Positions 20,659 through 30,500 of a stretch of 41,194 bases of DNA are shown here, in pieces. Position 1 is the first letter of the stretch, and each line of letters begins with the position of its first letter. The notes below the pieces were generated by a model that did no database searches, was not told where the DNA came from, and saw nothing but the letters and a program-made list of their open reading frames with translations. Made by a program: the position numbers and the translations under genes. The DNA is from an uncultured Lachnospiraceae bacterium (GTDB taxonomy: Bacteria; Bacillota; Clostridia; Lachnospirales; Lachnospiraceae): the NCBI GenBank assembly GCA_937916415.1, contig CALGGH010000237.1, positions 1 through 41,194 on the forward strand, given 5' to 3'.

Positions 20659-20703
20659 ACCCTTTTAAGCAAAAATCCCCATGAATTTTTTGGCGGAAAC
20701 TAT

Positions 20704-20730
20704 TAGGTAATGTACAGGCCCGACCGATAT
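20704..20730 (+). promoter_or_regulatory. Probable sigma-28 promoter of the flagellin gene
   Basis: TAGG-N15-ACCGATAT, about 150 nt upstream of the ATG. Confidence 0.55.
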
Positions 20731-20879
20731 ACGTTACAGTGATATAAGCACCACAGGACGAATCATCTGAATCAAGCCTGCTTAAATGAGGGTATTGGCA
20801 TGAGAGATCCTGATCAGGCCGGCCGCATTGCGTGCAGGCTGGCGAACATGGACGTGATCACGCATAAACGGAGTTATAT

Positions 20880-22880
20880 ATGATCATTCAGCACAATCTT
20901 CTGGCTATGAACGCCCAAAGACAGTTCCAACTGTCCGACACAAAGAAATCCAAATCATCCGAAAAGCTTTCCTCGGGCTATCGCATCAACAGATCAGCTG
21001 ATGATGCGGCGGGCCTTGCCATATCCGAAAAGATGCGTCGTCAGATCAGAGGGCTTAATCAGGCCTCCGCCAACATCATGGACGGAGTGGGATACGTCCA
21101 GACCGGAGAGGGCGCATTAAATGAAGTTGATGACATGCTTCATCGCATGACCGAACTGGCCGTTCAGGCTTCCAATGACACTAACACGGATCAGGACCGC
21201 GAATATATTGACATGGAAATACAGCAGATCAAGAGCGAAATGAGCCGCGTTTTTGAGACCACTTCCTTTAATGAAAGACTCATATGGCAACCGGATCCGG
21301 ATAAGCTTGTTCAGGTCGGAACGGAAAAAAAGTATACCGTCACATTTAAGAATACGCATATCGGATATGACGTAACGGATAGTAATAAAGGGTTTATCCC
21401 GTACAACGGAATCAAACTGGCTGCGGATGAAGAGGGCATCAAAGCTTCCTGGAAGGCGTATGATGGTAATACCTATGAAACATCAAAGGTTGACTGGGAT
21501 ACCGTGGTGGCGGGTGGCTATTCATTCAAATTGGAAGATTACATGCCGGACTCCGTTAAGGACGGCAGTGGCAACCCCCCTTTCACTTTTACCGTAGGCT
21601 TTACTCCAAATTCTTACGCAACGCGGGATGATATCATAGCGGCAATCAATCAGTCAAGCATAAGTACCAGTACCAACGCATACTATGAACTGCGGTTTGA
21701 GGATTCCTCGGGTAATAAGGTTACACATCCCGCCATGACGCTGACAGAGGCAAGGGCGGCTTCTTTTGCAGCATCTTATGTTTCCGCGGCGAACGGAGGC
21801 CATACCTTTGATGCGCCGGATGATGCTTTTATCGAGCCCAGCCCTTCTCCCAATCTGGTGACTTATCCCTCATCTATTACAGCTTCAGATGCCCGGGAAG
21901 ATGGTACATCCTGGACGTTTAAGTTCAATATGCAGGGCATTGGAGGAGTTACCGCCAATTGTGTCAATGTAAAATATTATTCATACGATCATGCAGATGA
22001 TGATCTGGGATATTGGTGGGATTGGCGTCCTGGTTATATCTGGGTTGGGAACGAAAGAGTATATGAACCGCATTATCAGGAATACCAGATTTCAAGAAAT
22101 CTTGGTAATACGCTTAAGGATGTCATGAAAGGTCTTACCGGGGAAAAGGGAGATGATCCTTTCCCGGGCTTGTTAAATAGTGACAACGGAGGAGATTCAG
22201 ACAGCGGCGGAATGATTACTTTTGAATTCCGTGCTGATGCGGATAGTGCGTTTAGCTCCGGAAGCGCATCGGGAAAAGATGGGATTTTTACATTTCAACT
22301 CTGGCTTGAGGTGGGCAGAGACGATACCGAGCAGTCTGTGCTGGATAAGATCAATTCCGTGCTAAATGCTGATACCAGACTGGATGTTTATATCGGACAT
22401 TCCTCCAATAATGAAGGCGCTTATATCGGAACTCCCACAAGTTCGCACAAGATTGATACGCCTGTCTATGACTATGATCAGTATGAAAAGCATATACTGA
22501 TCCAGGCGGGATCCGACAAAGGCCAGTATATAGACATCCACTACAAGATCCTGAACATGGACATGCTGGGGCTTCTTGATACTAATGCCTTGACGCAGGA
22601 AGACTCGGAAAACGCCATAGAGGAAGTGAAACACGCCCTGCACACAGTAAATGAGGAACGCGCCGTGTTCGGCGCATATCAAAACCGCCTGGAGCATGCC
22701 TACAACGCCAATAAGAATACCGAAGAGAATACGCAGGCGGCCGAATCCCTTATCCGTGACACGGACATGGCGGCAGAGATGGTAAGTTTCTCCACGGCCA
22801 ACATCCTGGCTCAGTTCGGTGAATCCATGATAACCCAGGCCAATCAGACGCCAAACGGCGTACTCAGCCTGCTTCAGTAA
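20880..22880 (+). CDS. fliC: Flagellin with large variable central domain
   Basis: KLSSGYRINRSADDAAGLAISE at the N-terminus; RAVFGAYQNRLEH and IRDTDMA...QANQTP at the C-terminus. Confidence 0.93.
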   Translation: MIIQHNLLAMNAQRQFQLSDTKKSKSSEKLSSGYRINRSADDAAGLAISEKMRRQIRGLNQASANIMDGVGYVQTGEGALNEVDDMLHRMTELAVQASNDTNTDQDREYIDMEIQQIKSEMSRVFETTSFNERLIWQPDPDKLVQVGTEKKYTVTFKNTHIGYDVTDSNKGFIPYNGIKLAADEEGIKASWKAYDGNTYETSKVDWDTVVAGGYSFKLEDYMPDSVKDGSGNPPFTFTVGFTPNSYATRDDIIAAINQSSISTSTNAYYELRFEDSSGNKVTHPAMTLTEARAASFAASYVSAANGGHTFDAPDDAFIEPSPSPNLVTYPSSITASDAREDGTSWTFKFNMQGIGGVTANCVNVKYYSYDHADDDLGYWWDWRPGYIWVGNERVYEPHYQEYQISRNLGNTLKDVMKGLTGEKGDDPFPGLLNSDNGGDSDSGGMITFEFRADADSAFSSGSASGKDGIFTFQLWLEVGRDDTEQSVLDKINSVLNADTRLDVYIGHSSNNEGAYIGTPTSSHKIDTPVYDYDQYEKHILIQAGSDKGQYIDIHYKILNMDMLGLLDTNALTQEDSENAIEEVKHALHTVNEERAVFGAYQNRLEHAYNANKNTEENTQAAESLIRDTDMAAEMVSFSTANILAQFGESMITQANQTPNGVLSLLQ

Positions 22881-23005
22881 GCAGACGTAAGAGCCTGATC
22901 GGGGATCGTCCGCAGGCCATGATCGAACAGGGGCTGGTCAGATAGCCCTTACCCATCATTAATATCCCGAGTTTATTTTTCCTTTAGGAAGTTTATAAAA
23001 AGTTA

Positions 23006-23032
23006 TTAGCACTCACTCTTGACGAGTGCTAA
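23006..23032. promoter_or_regulatory. CIRCE element (HrcA operator) overlapping a sigma-A -35
   Basis: TTAGCACTC-N9-GAGTGCTAA, perfect; TTGACG(23019)-N17-TATAAC(23042). Confidence 0.95.
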
Positions 23033-23184
23033 CAATGGGTGTATAACATAATCATGAAGAGCGAAAAGCCCAAAGGAAAACCCAAAAGACAATGAGGTTT
23101 TTCCAATGACAGGCCGAAACGGCCGCTAGCTAAGAACGGGCTTTTCAGAACAGCACAGTTAATCAATAAGAGGAGGAAAATATT

Positions 23185-23637
23185 ATGATGATGCCCAGTA
23201 TTTTAACAAACAATTTGTTCGGAGATTTCTTTGATGATGACTGGTTCGACAGAAGGCCGGCAGCAGAGCCCAAGCACCCCGCAGCACATCCCGGCAGACT
23301 GATGAGCACGGACATCAAGGAGTCTGATACGGACTACCAGCTCGAGATGGAGCTTCCCGGATATGCCAAGGAAGACGTCAGCGCCAAGCTTGAGAACGGC
23401 TACATGACCATCGAGGCCACCAAGAGCGAGAACCACGACGAGAAGGACGAGAAGACCGGTAAGTACATCCGCAGGGAGCGTTATACCGGATCCTGCCGCA
23501 GAAGCTTCTACGTAGGCGATGCCGTTACCGAGGAAGACATCAAGGCTAACTTCAAGGATGGCATCCTGACCGTGGTCATCCCTAAGATCGATCCCAAGAA
23601 AATCGAAACCAGCAAGACGATAGCCATAGAAGGCTGA
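23185..23637 (+). CDS. Hsp20/alpha-crystallin small heat shock protein
   Basis: TDIKE..Y.LEMELPG, RRERYTGSCRRSF, ANFKDGILTVVIPK. Confidence 0.95.
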   Translation: MMMPSILTNNLFGDFFDDDWFDRRPAAEPKHPAAHPGRLMSTDIKESDTDYQLEMELPGYAKEDVSAKLENGYMTIEATKSENHDEKDEKTGKYIRRERYTGSCRRSFYVGDAVTEEDIKANFKDGILTVVIPKIDPKKIETSKTIAIEG

Positions 23638-23707
23638 CCGGCTGAACGGATTGCCATGGCAAGGCCGCAAGGCTAATTTTACTAGCCGCAATGTTTTGAA
23701 CTCGTTG

Positions 23708-23738
23708 CCCTCGCTGCAAACGCGCAGCGGGGGTTTTT
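23708..23738 (+). terminator. Rho-independent terminator
   Basis: CCCTCGCTGC-N6-GCAGCGGGGG followed by TTTTT. Confidence 0.75.
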
Positions 23739-23802
23739 GACGTTCAGGATTTCATTCTCTGCCCCGCAGCCATATAGGATTCTATTCTTTGTCCTGCAGC
23801 TA

Positions 23803-23834
23803 TTGACATTATCAGTTAGTTACAGTAAACTAAC
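23803..23834 (+). promoter_or_regulatory. Sigma-A promoter with an overlapping DtxR/MntR-like palindrome
   Basis: TTGACA(23803)-N17-TAAACT(23826); GTTAGTT-acagta-AACTAAC at 23815-23834. Confidence 0.65.
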
Positions 23835-23873
23835 GTATGTTAGAACTATCAGAAAGCATCAGCATATAAGTAG

Positions 23874-24023
23874 CTCGTTGGAAACATAATAGCGTCCCTG
23901 ATCCTGATCCTGATAGTCGGACTGACCATTAGAAGCCTGGTCAAAACCAGGCAAAAGGGTTCCTGTTCCTGCGGCTGTGAATGCGGATGCTGCCCAATGG
24001 GCGGAAAATGCCATCAAAAATGA
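23874..24023 (+). pseudogene. FeoB-associated Cys-rich membrane peptide without a canonical start
   Basis: LVGNIIASLILILIVGLTIRSLVKTRQKGSCSCGCECGCCPMGGKCHQK*; in-frame TAG at 23871; not in the ORF track. Confidence 0.7.
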
Positions 24024-24287
24024 CGACAAACCGTCATTTCCGCGGCATGGATCAATAACATTGCTTTTACGTTTCATGATTAACCCTTATGGAACATGGG
24101 CCCGGCACTTGCCGGGCCCTGTTTCCGTCATGGCATGTTTTTCATCCCTGCCCGGTTAAATGAAACTGCAATAAATCAAATGCCGGATTTCAATGAGAGA
24201 TTGACTAAAGCACGATTGATTGGTATTCTAATAATGGACGATAAAAAGTCCCGGTGTCTAAAAATTCATCATGATAGGAGCAGAATT

Positions 24288-24572
24288 ATGAGTATGGATA
24301 ACATTTCCCGGCAGGAACAGGAAGATATAGAGAATGCTTTGGACGCAGGCAAGATGATCGAACCCGCGTCCACCAGGCGCGTGCTTTCGCAGGGCGAGAT
24401 CGACAAGATCGTGGACGCATATCATGAACTCAGGCAGTCCGAGGCCAACCTTCGCGAACTCATGGACATGGCGGAGAAACTCAATTCCTCAGACGATACC
24501 AGAACCGAGTTTACCGAGAAGTGTGCGAAGTATTTCCCGCTTTTGCTCAACACGCTGGATGCGCTTAAGTAA
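24288..24572 (+). CDS. Small hypothetical protein with FliM-N-like motif
   Basis: AGGAG RBS; 94 aa containing VLSQGEIDKIV. Confidence 0.65.
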   Translation: MSMDNISRQEQEDIENALDAGKMIEPASTRRVLSQGEIDKIVDAYHELRQSEANLRELMDMAEKLNSSDDTRTEFTEKCAKYFPLLLNTLDALK

Positions 24573-24594
24573 CGGATTAAGCCGGACAGGCCCC

Positions 24595-25200
24595 TCAGCC
24601 GGGCAGGTGCAGCTTTATGATGGCACGTATGGCATCAGCGAGATACGGCTTAAGCTCTTCGAGCGGAACGGGTTCCTGGTAGATTATGGAACTGTATCCG
24701 CTCGATCCGACGAGCTCAAATATCATGGCCATCATTATTTCAGGATCCTTGAACTCCATTCCGGAGTCAAGGATCATTTTTTGATATACGTCTTCATAGA
24801 AGTTCAGATCATCATTAAAGGGACGGACCGTCATGTTTTTCTTAAGCACGGCCCAGCTTAAGTCCTTGTACAGCAGGGTGAGGAGTCCCCTGTTCTCGTT
24901 AAGCTCATCCAGAACGTGATTGGTCATAAAGATCATTTTTTCCGTAAAATCCGTGACGTCCGTCTGCATGAGGGCGTTGTGCGCATCCATAAAAAGACGG
25001 CTGGACCTGTGCATTATCAGCTTGGTCCGGATGTCGTATTTATCCTTGAAATACAGATAAAAGGTTCCCTTTGCAACGCCGGCGTGAGTCACGATGTCCG
25101 AGATCGAGGTGTTGTTGATCCCCTTGACCGTAAACAGTTCAAGTGCCGTGTTCAGGAGGGATTCATATTTCTTTTTTTTGTTTTCTTCACTTTTTCCCAT
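24595..25200 (-). CDS. TetR/AcrR-family regulator
   Basis: ALELF..KG...TSISDIVTHAGVAKGTFYLYFKDK. Confidence 0.95.
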   Translation of the reverse strand: MGKSEENKKKKYESLLNTALELFTVKGINNTSISDIVTHAGVAKGTFYLYFKDKYDIRTKLIMHRSSRLFMDAHNALMQTDVTDFTEKMIFMTNHVLDELNENRGLLTLLYKDLSWAVLKKNMTVRPFNDDLNFYEDVYQKMILDSGMEFKDPEIMMAMIFELVGSSGYSSIIYQEPVPLEELKPYLADAIRAIIKLHLPG

Positions 25201-25298
25201 GAGCTTGCTTCATTTTGTCGTCGTCATGCGCCTGTCCGATAATTCCGGGACGTATTTCATCTTAACAAATATAAAGAAAATATAAAATAAAAAATTAA

Positions 25299-25360
25299 TA
25301 TTGACCAACGGTCATTTCTGTAGTATACCATTAAATGAAATTATTGACCAACGGTCATTT
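25299..25360. promoter_or_regulatory. Two identical 19-bp palindromic operators, probably bound by the TetR
   Basis: TATTGACCAACGGTCATTT at 25299 and 25342 (core TGACC-aac-GGTCA); the first overlaps TTGACC-N17-TATACC. Confidence 0.85.
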
Positions 25361-25403
25361 TATAAAACGGCCCTTTTGGAGGAGCCGGGACGAGGTGGAC
25401 ATT

Positions 25404-27542
25404 ATGAAAGGATTATCGAGAGCAATCGTAAAGGCCAGACATCTGATCCTGATCCTGTCAGTGATCCTGCTCATTCCTTCGGCGATGGGTTATTTTATGA
25501 CGCGCGTGAATTACGACGTGCTGACCTATCTTCCCGATGAGATAGAGACCATGCAGGGGCAGGAGATCCTGCTGGACGAGTTTGGCACCGGCGCCTACTG
25601 CATCTACGTCGTGGAGGGCATGGAGGAACAGGACGTGGTGGCGCTGAAGGACAGGGTCAGGGAGGTAAGTCACGTATCGGACGTGATATGGTACGACACC
25701 CTGATGGACATTTCCGTACCGATGGAAATGCTTCCCGAAGAAGCGTATGACGCCTTTAACAGCGGCGACGCCACGCTGATGTTTGTTACGTTTGACGAGG
25801 GCACCTCCGCGGACGAGACCATGGACGCGGTGGAAGAGATACGCCGGATCTCCGATAAGCAGTGCTTTCTTTCCGGCATGAGCGCGATAGTCACCGATAC
25901 CAAGAACATGGCGGAGAAGGAGACGCCGATCTACGTAGGCATAGCGGTGCTGCTGGCCGTGATCGTTCTTTCACTGACCATGGATTCCTACCTGATACCG
26001 CTTTTCTTCCTGACAAGCATCGGAATGGCCATCGTATACAACATGGGAACCAACGTGTTCTTTGGCGAGATCTCGTTTGTCACCCAGGCCCTGAGCGCCG
26101 TGCTGCAGTTGGGAGTCACCCTGGATTATTCGATCTTTCTGTGGCACAGCTATCAGGAGCAGCTTAAAGAGACCCCCGACGATAAGAACGAAGCAATGGC
26201 CGGGGCCATCAGCGATACCTTCAAGTCTGTGCTCGGGTCATCCATTACCACGGTGGCCGGCTTCATAGCTCTCTTCTTCATGAGCTTTACGCTGGGACTG
26301 GACATAGGACGCGTCATGGCCAAGGGAGTGGTTTTCGGAGTCATCGGCTGCGTGACGATACTGCCCTCAATGATCCTGATCTTCGACGGACTGATCGAGA
26401 AGACAAAGCACAAACCATTGATGAAGGAGTTCAAAAGGATACCGCGATTCACTACCGGGCATTACGTCCCGATCATGCTCGTCTTCCTGGTGATCCTGCC
26501 GCTGGCGATATATGGGAACAATCACGTGGCGGTGTATTATGACCTGACGGAGACCCTGCCGGATACGCTCGAGAGCGTACGGGCCAATCATGAACTGGAC
26601 GAGAAGTTTGAAATGAATTCGGCCTACATGCTGCTGGTGGACAGGGATCTGGACGTGGCGTCCACGACGCAGATGGTTTCTGAGATCAAAAAGGTCGACG
26701 GCGTGCTGACGGTGCTCGGCGTTGATTCGGTGCTGGGGCCCGCGTTTCCGAGGGAGTTCATACCGGAGGATCTGCTGGGAACGCTGGAAAGCGACAACTG
26801 GAAGCTGATGCTCGTGACCACTGATTACAAGATCGCTTCGGATGAGATCAATGCTCAGATCGACACGATCAGTTCCATCGTAAAGGGCATCGATCCCACG
26901 GCCATGGTAGTCGGGGAATCACCCTGCACCAAGGACCTGATCACGATCACCGATCATGATTTCAAGGTGGTGAGCTTCGTGTCCATCGGACTGGTATTCC
27001 TGATAATACTCTTTGTCCTCAGGTCCGTATCGCTGCCGGTGATACTGGTTGCGGTCATAGAGTTCGCGATATTCATAAACATGGGCATCTCGTATTATGC
27101 GGGTACCACGATCCCCTTCATATCTTCGGTGGTCATAGGCACGATCCAGCTGGGAGCGACCGTTGACTACGCGATACTGATGACTACGAGGTATCTGAAG
27201 GAAAGGAACGGAGGACTGGGGCGAAAGGATGCAACGAGGGTTGCCTTGTCAACCAGCATGAAATCAGTGATCGTCAGCGCACTCAGTTTCTTCGCGGCAA
27301 CCTTTGGCGTGGGCCTCACGTCCAGCATAGACATGATCGGCTCCCTGTGCAATCTGATGGCCCGGGGTGCGCTGATCAGCATGATGGTCGTCATACTGGT
27401 CCTGCCGGCCATGTACATGATGTTCGACGCGGTGATCGTCAGAACTACCCTCGGCATGGAGGCGGCCAGGGAGGCGGATGCCGGACGAAAAAAAGCCGGT
27501 GAATCCAAAAACAACAATGGAATTAATCTGAAGCTTGCCTGA
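25404..27542 (+). CDS. MMPL/RND-family transporter
   Basis: Duplicated membrane halves, LQLGVTLDYSIFL and IQLGATVDYAIL. Confidence 0.92.
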   Translation: MKGLSRAIVKARHLILILSVILLIPSAMGYFMTRVNYDVLTYLPDEIETMQGQEILLDEFGTGAYCIYVVEGMEEQDVVALKDRVREVSHVSDVIWYDTLMDISVPMEMLPEEAYDAFNSGDATLMFVTFDEGTSADETMDAVEEIRRISDKQCFLSGMSAIVTDTKNMAEKETPIYVGIAVLLAVIVLSLTMDSYLIPLFFLTSIGMAIVYNMGTNVFFGEISFVTQALSAVLQLGVTLDYSIFLWHSYQEQLKETPDDKNEAMAGAISDTFKSVLGSSITTVAGFIALFFMSFTLGLDIGRVMAKGVVFGVIGCVTILPSMILIFDGLIEKTKHKPLMKEFKRIPRFTTGHYVPIMLVFLVILPLAIYGNNHVAVYYDLTETLPDTLESVRANHELDEKFEMNSAYMLLVDRDLDVASTTQMVSEIKKVDGVLTVLGVDSVLGPAFPREFIPEDLLGTLESDNWKLMLVTTDYKIASDEINAQIDTISSIVKGIDPTAMVVGESPCTKDLITITDHDFKVVSFVSIGLVFLIILFVLRSVSLPVILVAVIEFAIFINMGISYYAGTTIPFISSVVIGTIQLGATVDYAILMTTRYLKERNGGLGRKDATRVALSTSMKSVIVSALSFFAATFGVGLTSSIDMIGSLCNLMARGALISMMVVILVLPAMYMMFDAVIVRTTLGMEAAREADAGRKKAGESKNNNGINLKLA

Positions 27543-27571
27543 AAAAACAGACGGCTCTGGCATAAGGAGGA

Positions 27572-30500
27572 GTGAAGAACATGAAAAACAAACGTTTGAA
27601 CAGGTTTTTGGCGGTGATCATGAGCATGGTGATGGGAAGCTCTCTGGTAGGGTGCGGAAGCGATCCGGCGGCTCAGGATGAACCTCAGGGAGACATGGCG
27701 GAAACGGCAACCGGGACGGAATCGGATGAAGAGGATCAGCTGTCGGCCCTGATGAACAGAAGCACCGGATATGATCCCGATTCGTCCGGAGAGGACAAGG
27801 TTGAAACCGTGTACGTCACTTCGGATGCAAATGGGGCAACCAGGGAGATCATAGTCAGCGACTGGCTCAAGAACCCTGAGGGCAGCGCTACCCTGAAGGA
27901 CACGACGAATCTAAAGGACATCGTCAACGTAAAGGGCAAGGAGACGTACTCGCTGGATGATGACGGTAACATCACGTGGGACGCCGAGGGAGCGGACATA
28001 TATTACCAGGGGCATTCGGAGAGCGAACTGCCCATAGACGTCAGGATATCATATACGCTGGACGGACAGCCGATAGATCCCTCCGAACTGGCGGGCAAAA
28101 GCGGTAACGTGACCATCAGGTTTGACTATGCCAATAACTCCAGGCAGAAGGTCAGCGTGAATGACAAGGAATATGACGTATATACCCCGTTCGCGGTAAT
28201 ATCGGGAATGATGCTTGATTCGGACAAATTCGCCAACGTCAGCGTGGACAACGGCAAGGTGATCTCCGATGCGAACAACTACATCGTGATGGGACTCGCG
28301 CTCCCGGGGTTTAAGGACAGCCTGAACCTGAATGACGAGGATCTGGAGGACATCGACGTCGATCCTGATGACGTGAGCATACCGGATCATTTTGAGATCA
28401 GTGCTTATACTTCGGATTTTGAACTGGGCATGACGATGACGATGGCCAGCTCGGACATTGTTTCCTCTCTGGGGCTGTCGGACGTTTCGGACGGTGAGCC
28501 GGCAGAAAAGATCAAGTCGGACATGGAGGAACTGAACGACGGTTCTGACAAGCTGGTGAATGGAGCGCTTGAACTGGAGAACGGTACGGCCAAGCTGAAG
28601 GACGGAGCCAAGGAACTAAACGATGGAACCAAGGAACTGTATGATGGCAGCGATGACCTGAAAAAGGGCGCGGGAGAACTGTATGACGGAACCGAAACGC
28701 TGAACGAAGGAGCCAGGAGCCTGTATGAAGGAAGCCGCGAACTTAATGACGGCGCGAAAACCCTGTATGACGGAATGGGAACCCTGTATGACGGGACGGG
28801 GACGCTGGCTGACGGCGTAAAGAATTACACAGAGGGCGCTTCCAGGATCAACGATGGGGCAAAGACGCTCTCCGGAGGGATATCCCAGGTTAAGGATGGT
28901 TCTGCTGCCCTGAAAAAGGGATTTACTGATAATGACATCGTAGGCAGCAGTAAGCAACTGGCAGACGGCGCAGGACAGGTGAGCGCCGGCGTGGATGCCC
29001 TGATCGCACAGCTTGGCGCACTTTCGTCCGGAACGGATCAGCTGGCGCAGCTGAATCAGGTGGCTGCGGACATGGGCGTGATCTATTCGGTAATGGACGG
29101 AGTGGAAAAAGGAACGGTGCCGGCATCAGCGTTTAAGGCAGGAGTCCTGAGTACGGGCGCTGATTCCGAGGAAGGGTTTAATGCCGTGCTTTCACAATAC
29201 CTGGGTACGGACCTGGATTCGCTGACGGCCTTGGTGGGCGGATACGCTCAGTACAAAGCGGCATACGGTTCACTGGGTTCGGCCAGGCTGAATCTGCCCA
29301 CGATCATGCGCGACCTGGTCCGTGAGGAAAGCGGAGCATATGAGTTGCCCGTATGCGGCAGTGACGGTGCGCCTGTCGCTGGCGGTACCATTACCGAGGA
29401 AACGCTTACGAGAAGCAGCAACGACGAGACGTCAACGGAAACAAATGGCGGATCTGATGAAAGGCAGAAACCCGGTTCAGTAGCAGACGGCACGGATCAG
29501 AACTCCGGCTCAGGCACAGACGGTACGGATCAGGAACCCGGTTCAGATGCATACGGCATGACTCAGGAACCCGGGGCATCGGATGGTGATGGTGATGAAC
29601 AGGCGGGGTCTCAGGCCGAAGCAGGAAAAGAAACCGGCGGATATGATGACGATGAAGACCATGCGGAGGATCCCGGCGCTGACGTGCCGGATGAGGATCC
29701 GGGCGTGACCGATGCCGACGATGCATCCGACGGTGAGCCGGACGCTGCCGCCGGAGCAACTGAACCAAAGGTCGTGGAAAAGACCATCGTCCAGAATCTC
29801 GGAATGAGTGATGCCGATAAGGCTACGGCCAATGGATACATAGGAATTGATGAGAAGTTCCAAAACGTCAAGGCCACCTGCGGCGCGATATACGAGGTGC
29901 TGTCACAGATGAATGAAATGCTGAGTCCACTGTCGTCGCTCGCAACTCCTGAAACACAGGCACAGCTATCCGCACTCCGGTCAGGAGCGGCAGCCGTGGC
30001 ATCGGGTTCAACCGCGCTCGCGGGAGGCCTGGCTCAGATAGGCGCGGGCATAGACTCGCTGGATGCCGGCATTGGTAAGCTGGCATCAGGGGCACGGGAT
30101 CTCACCTCCGGTACGGGTACGTTGATATCCAACAATGATAAGCTGGTCAGCGGCGTCAATGACCTGAGGGACGGAGCAGGGCGGCTATATGATGGAGCGG
30201 GAGCCTTGTATGACGGCACGGGCAAGCTGCATGACGGAGCCGGATCACTGTACGACGGCAGCACTGCCCTCCATAACGGAGCCGGGGAGCTGTATGACGG
30301 CACGAGTGTTCTGCATGACGGTGCAGCCAGGCTGTATGACGGTACGACGCAGCTATATGACGGTACGGTTGAGCTGGATGCCGGAGCAGTGGAACTGACG
30401 GACGGAGTCATAAAGCTTGACGAGGAAGGGATCAAAAAGATATATGAGGCATTTGACAGGGATCTGACTGACTACTTTGACAGGCTCGAGGCCATCAGGG

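Noticed and set aside
20880..22880. Flagellinolysin (protease-bearing flagellin)
   Set aside because: No HExxH motif in the insert.
28530..30420. 21-bp periodic repeats
   Set aside because: They encode L-x-x-G heptads of a known protein type.
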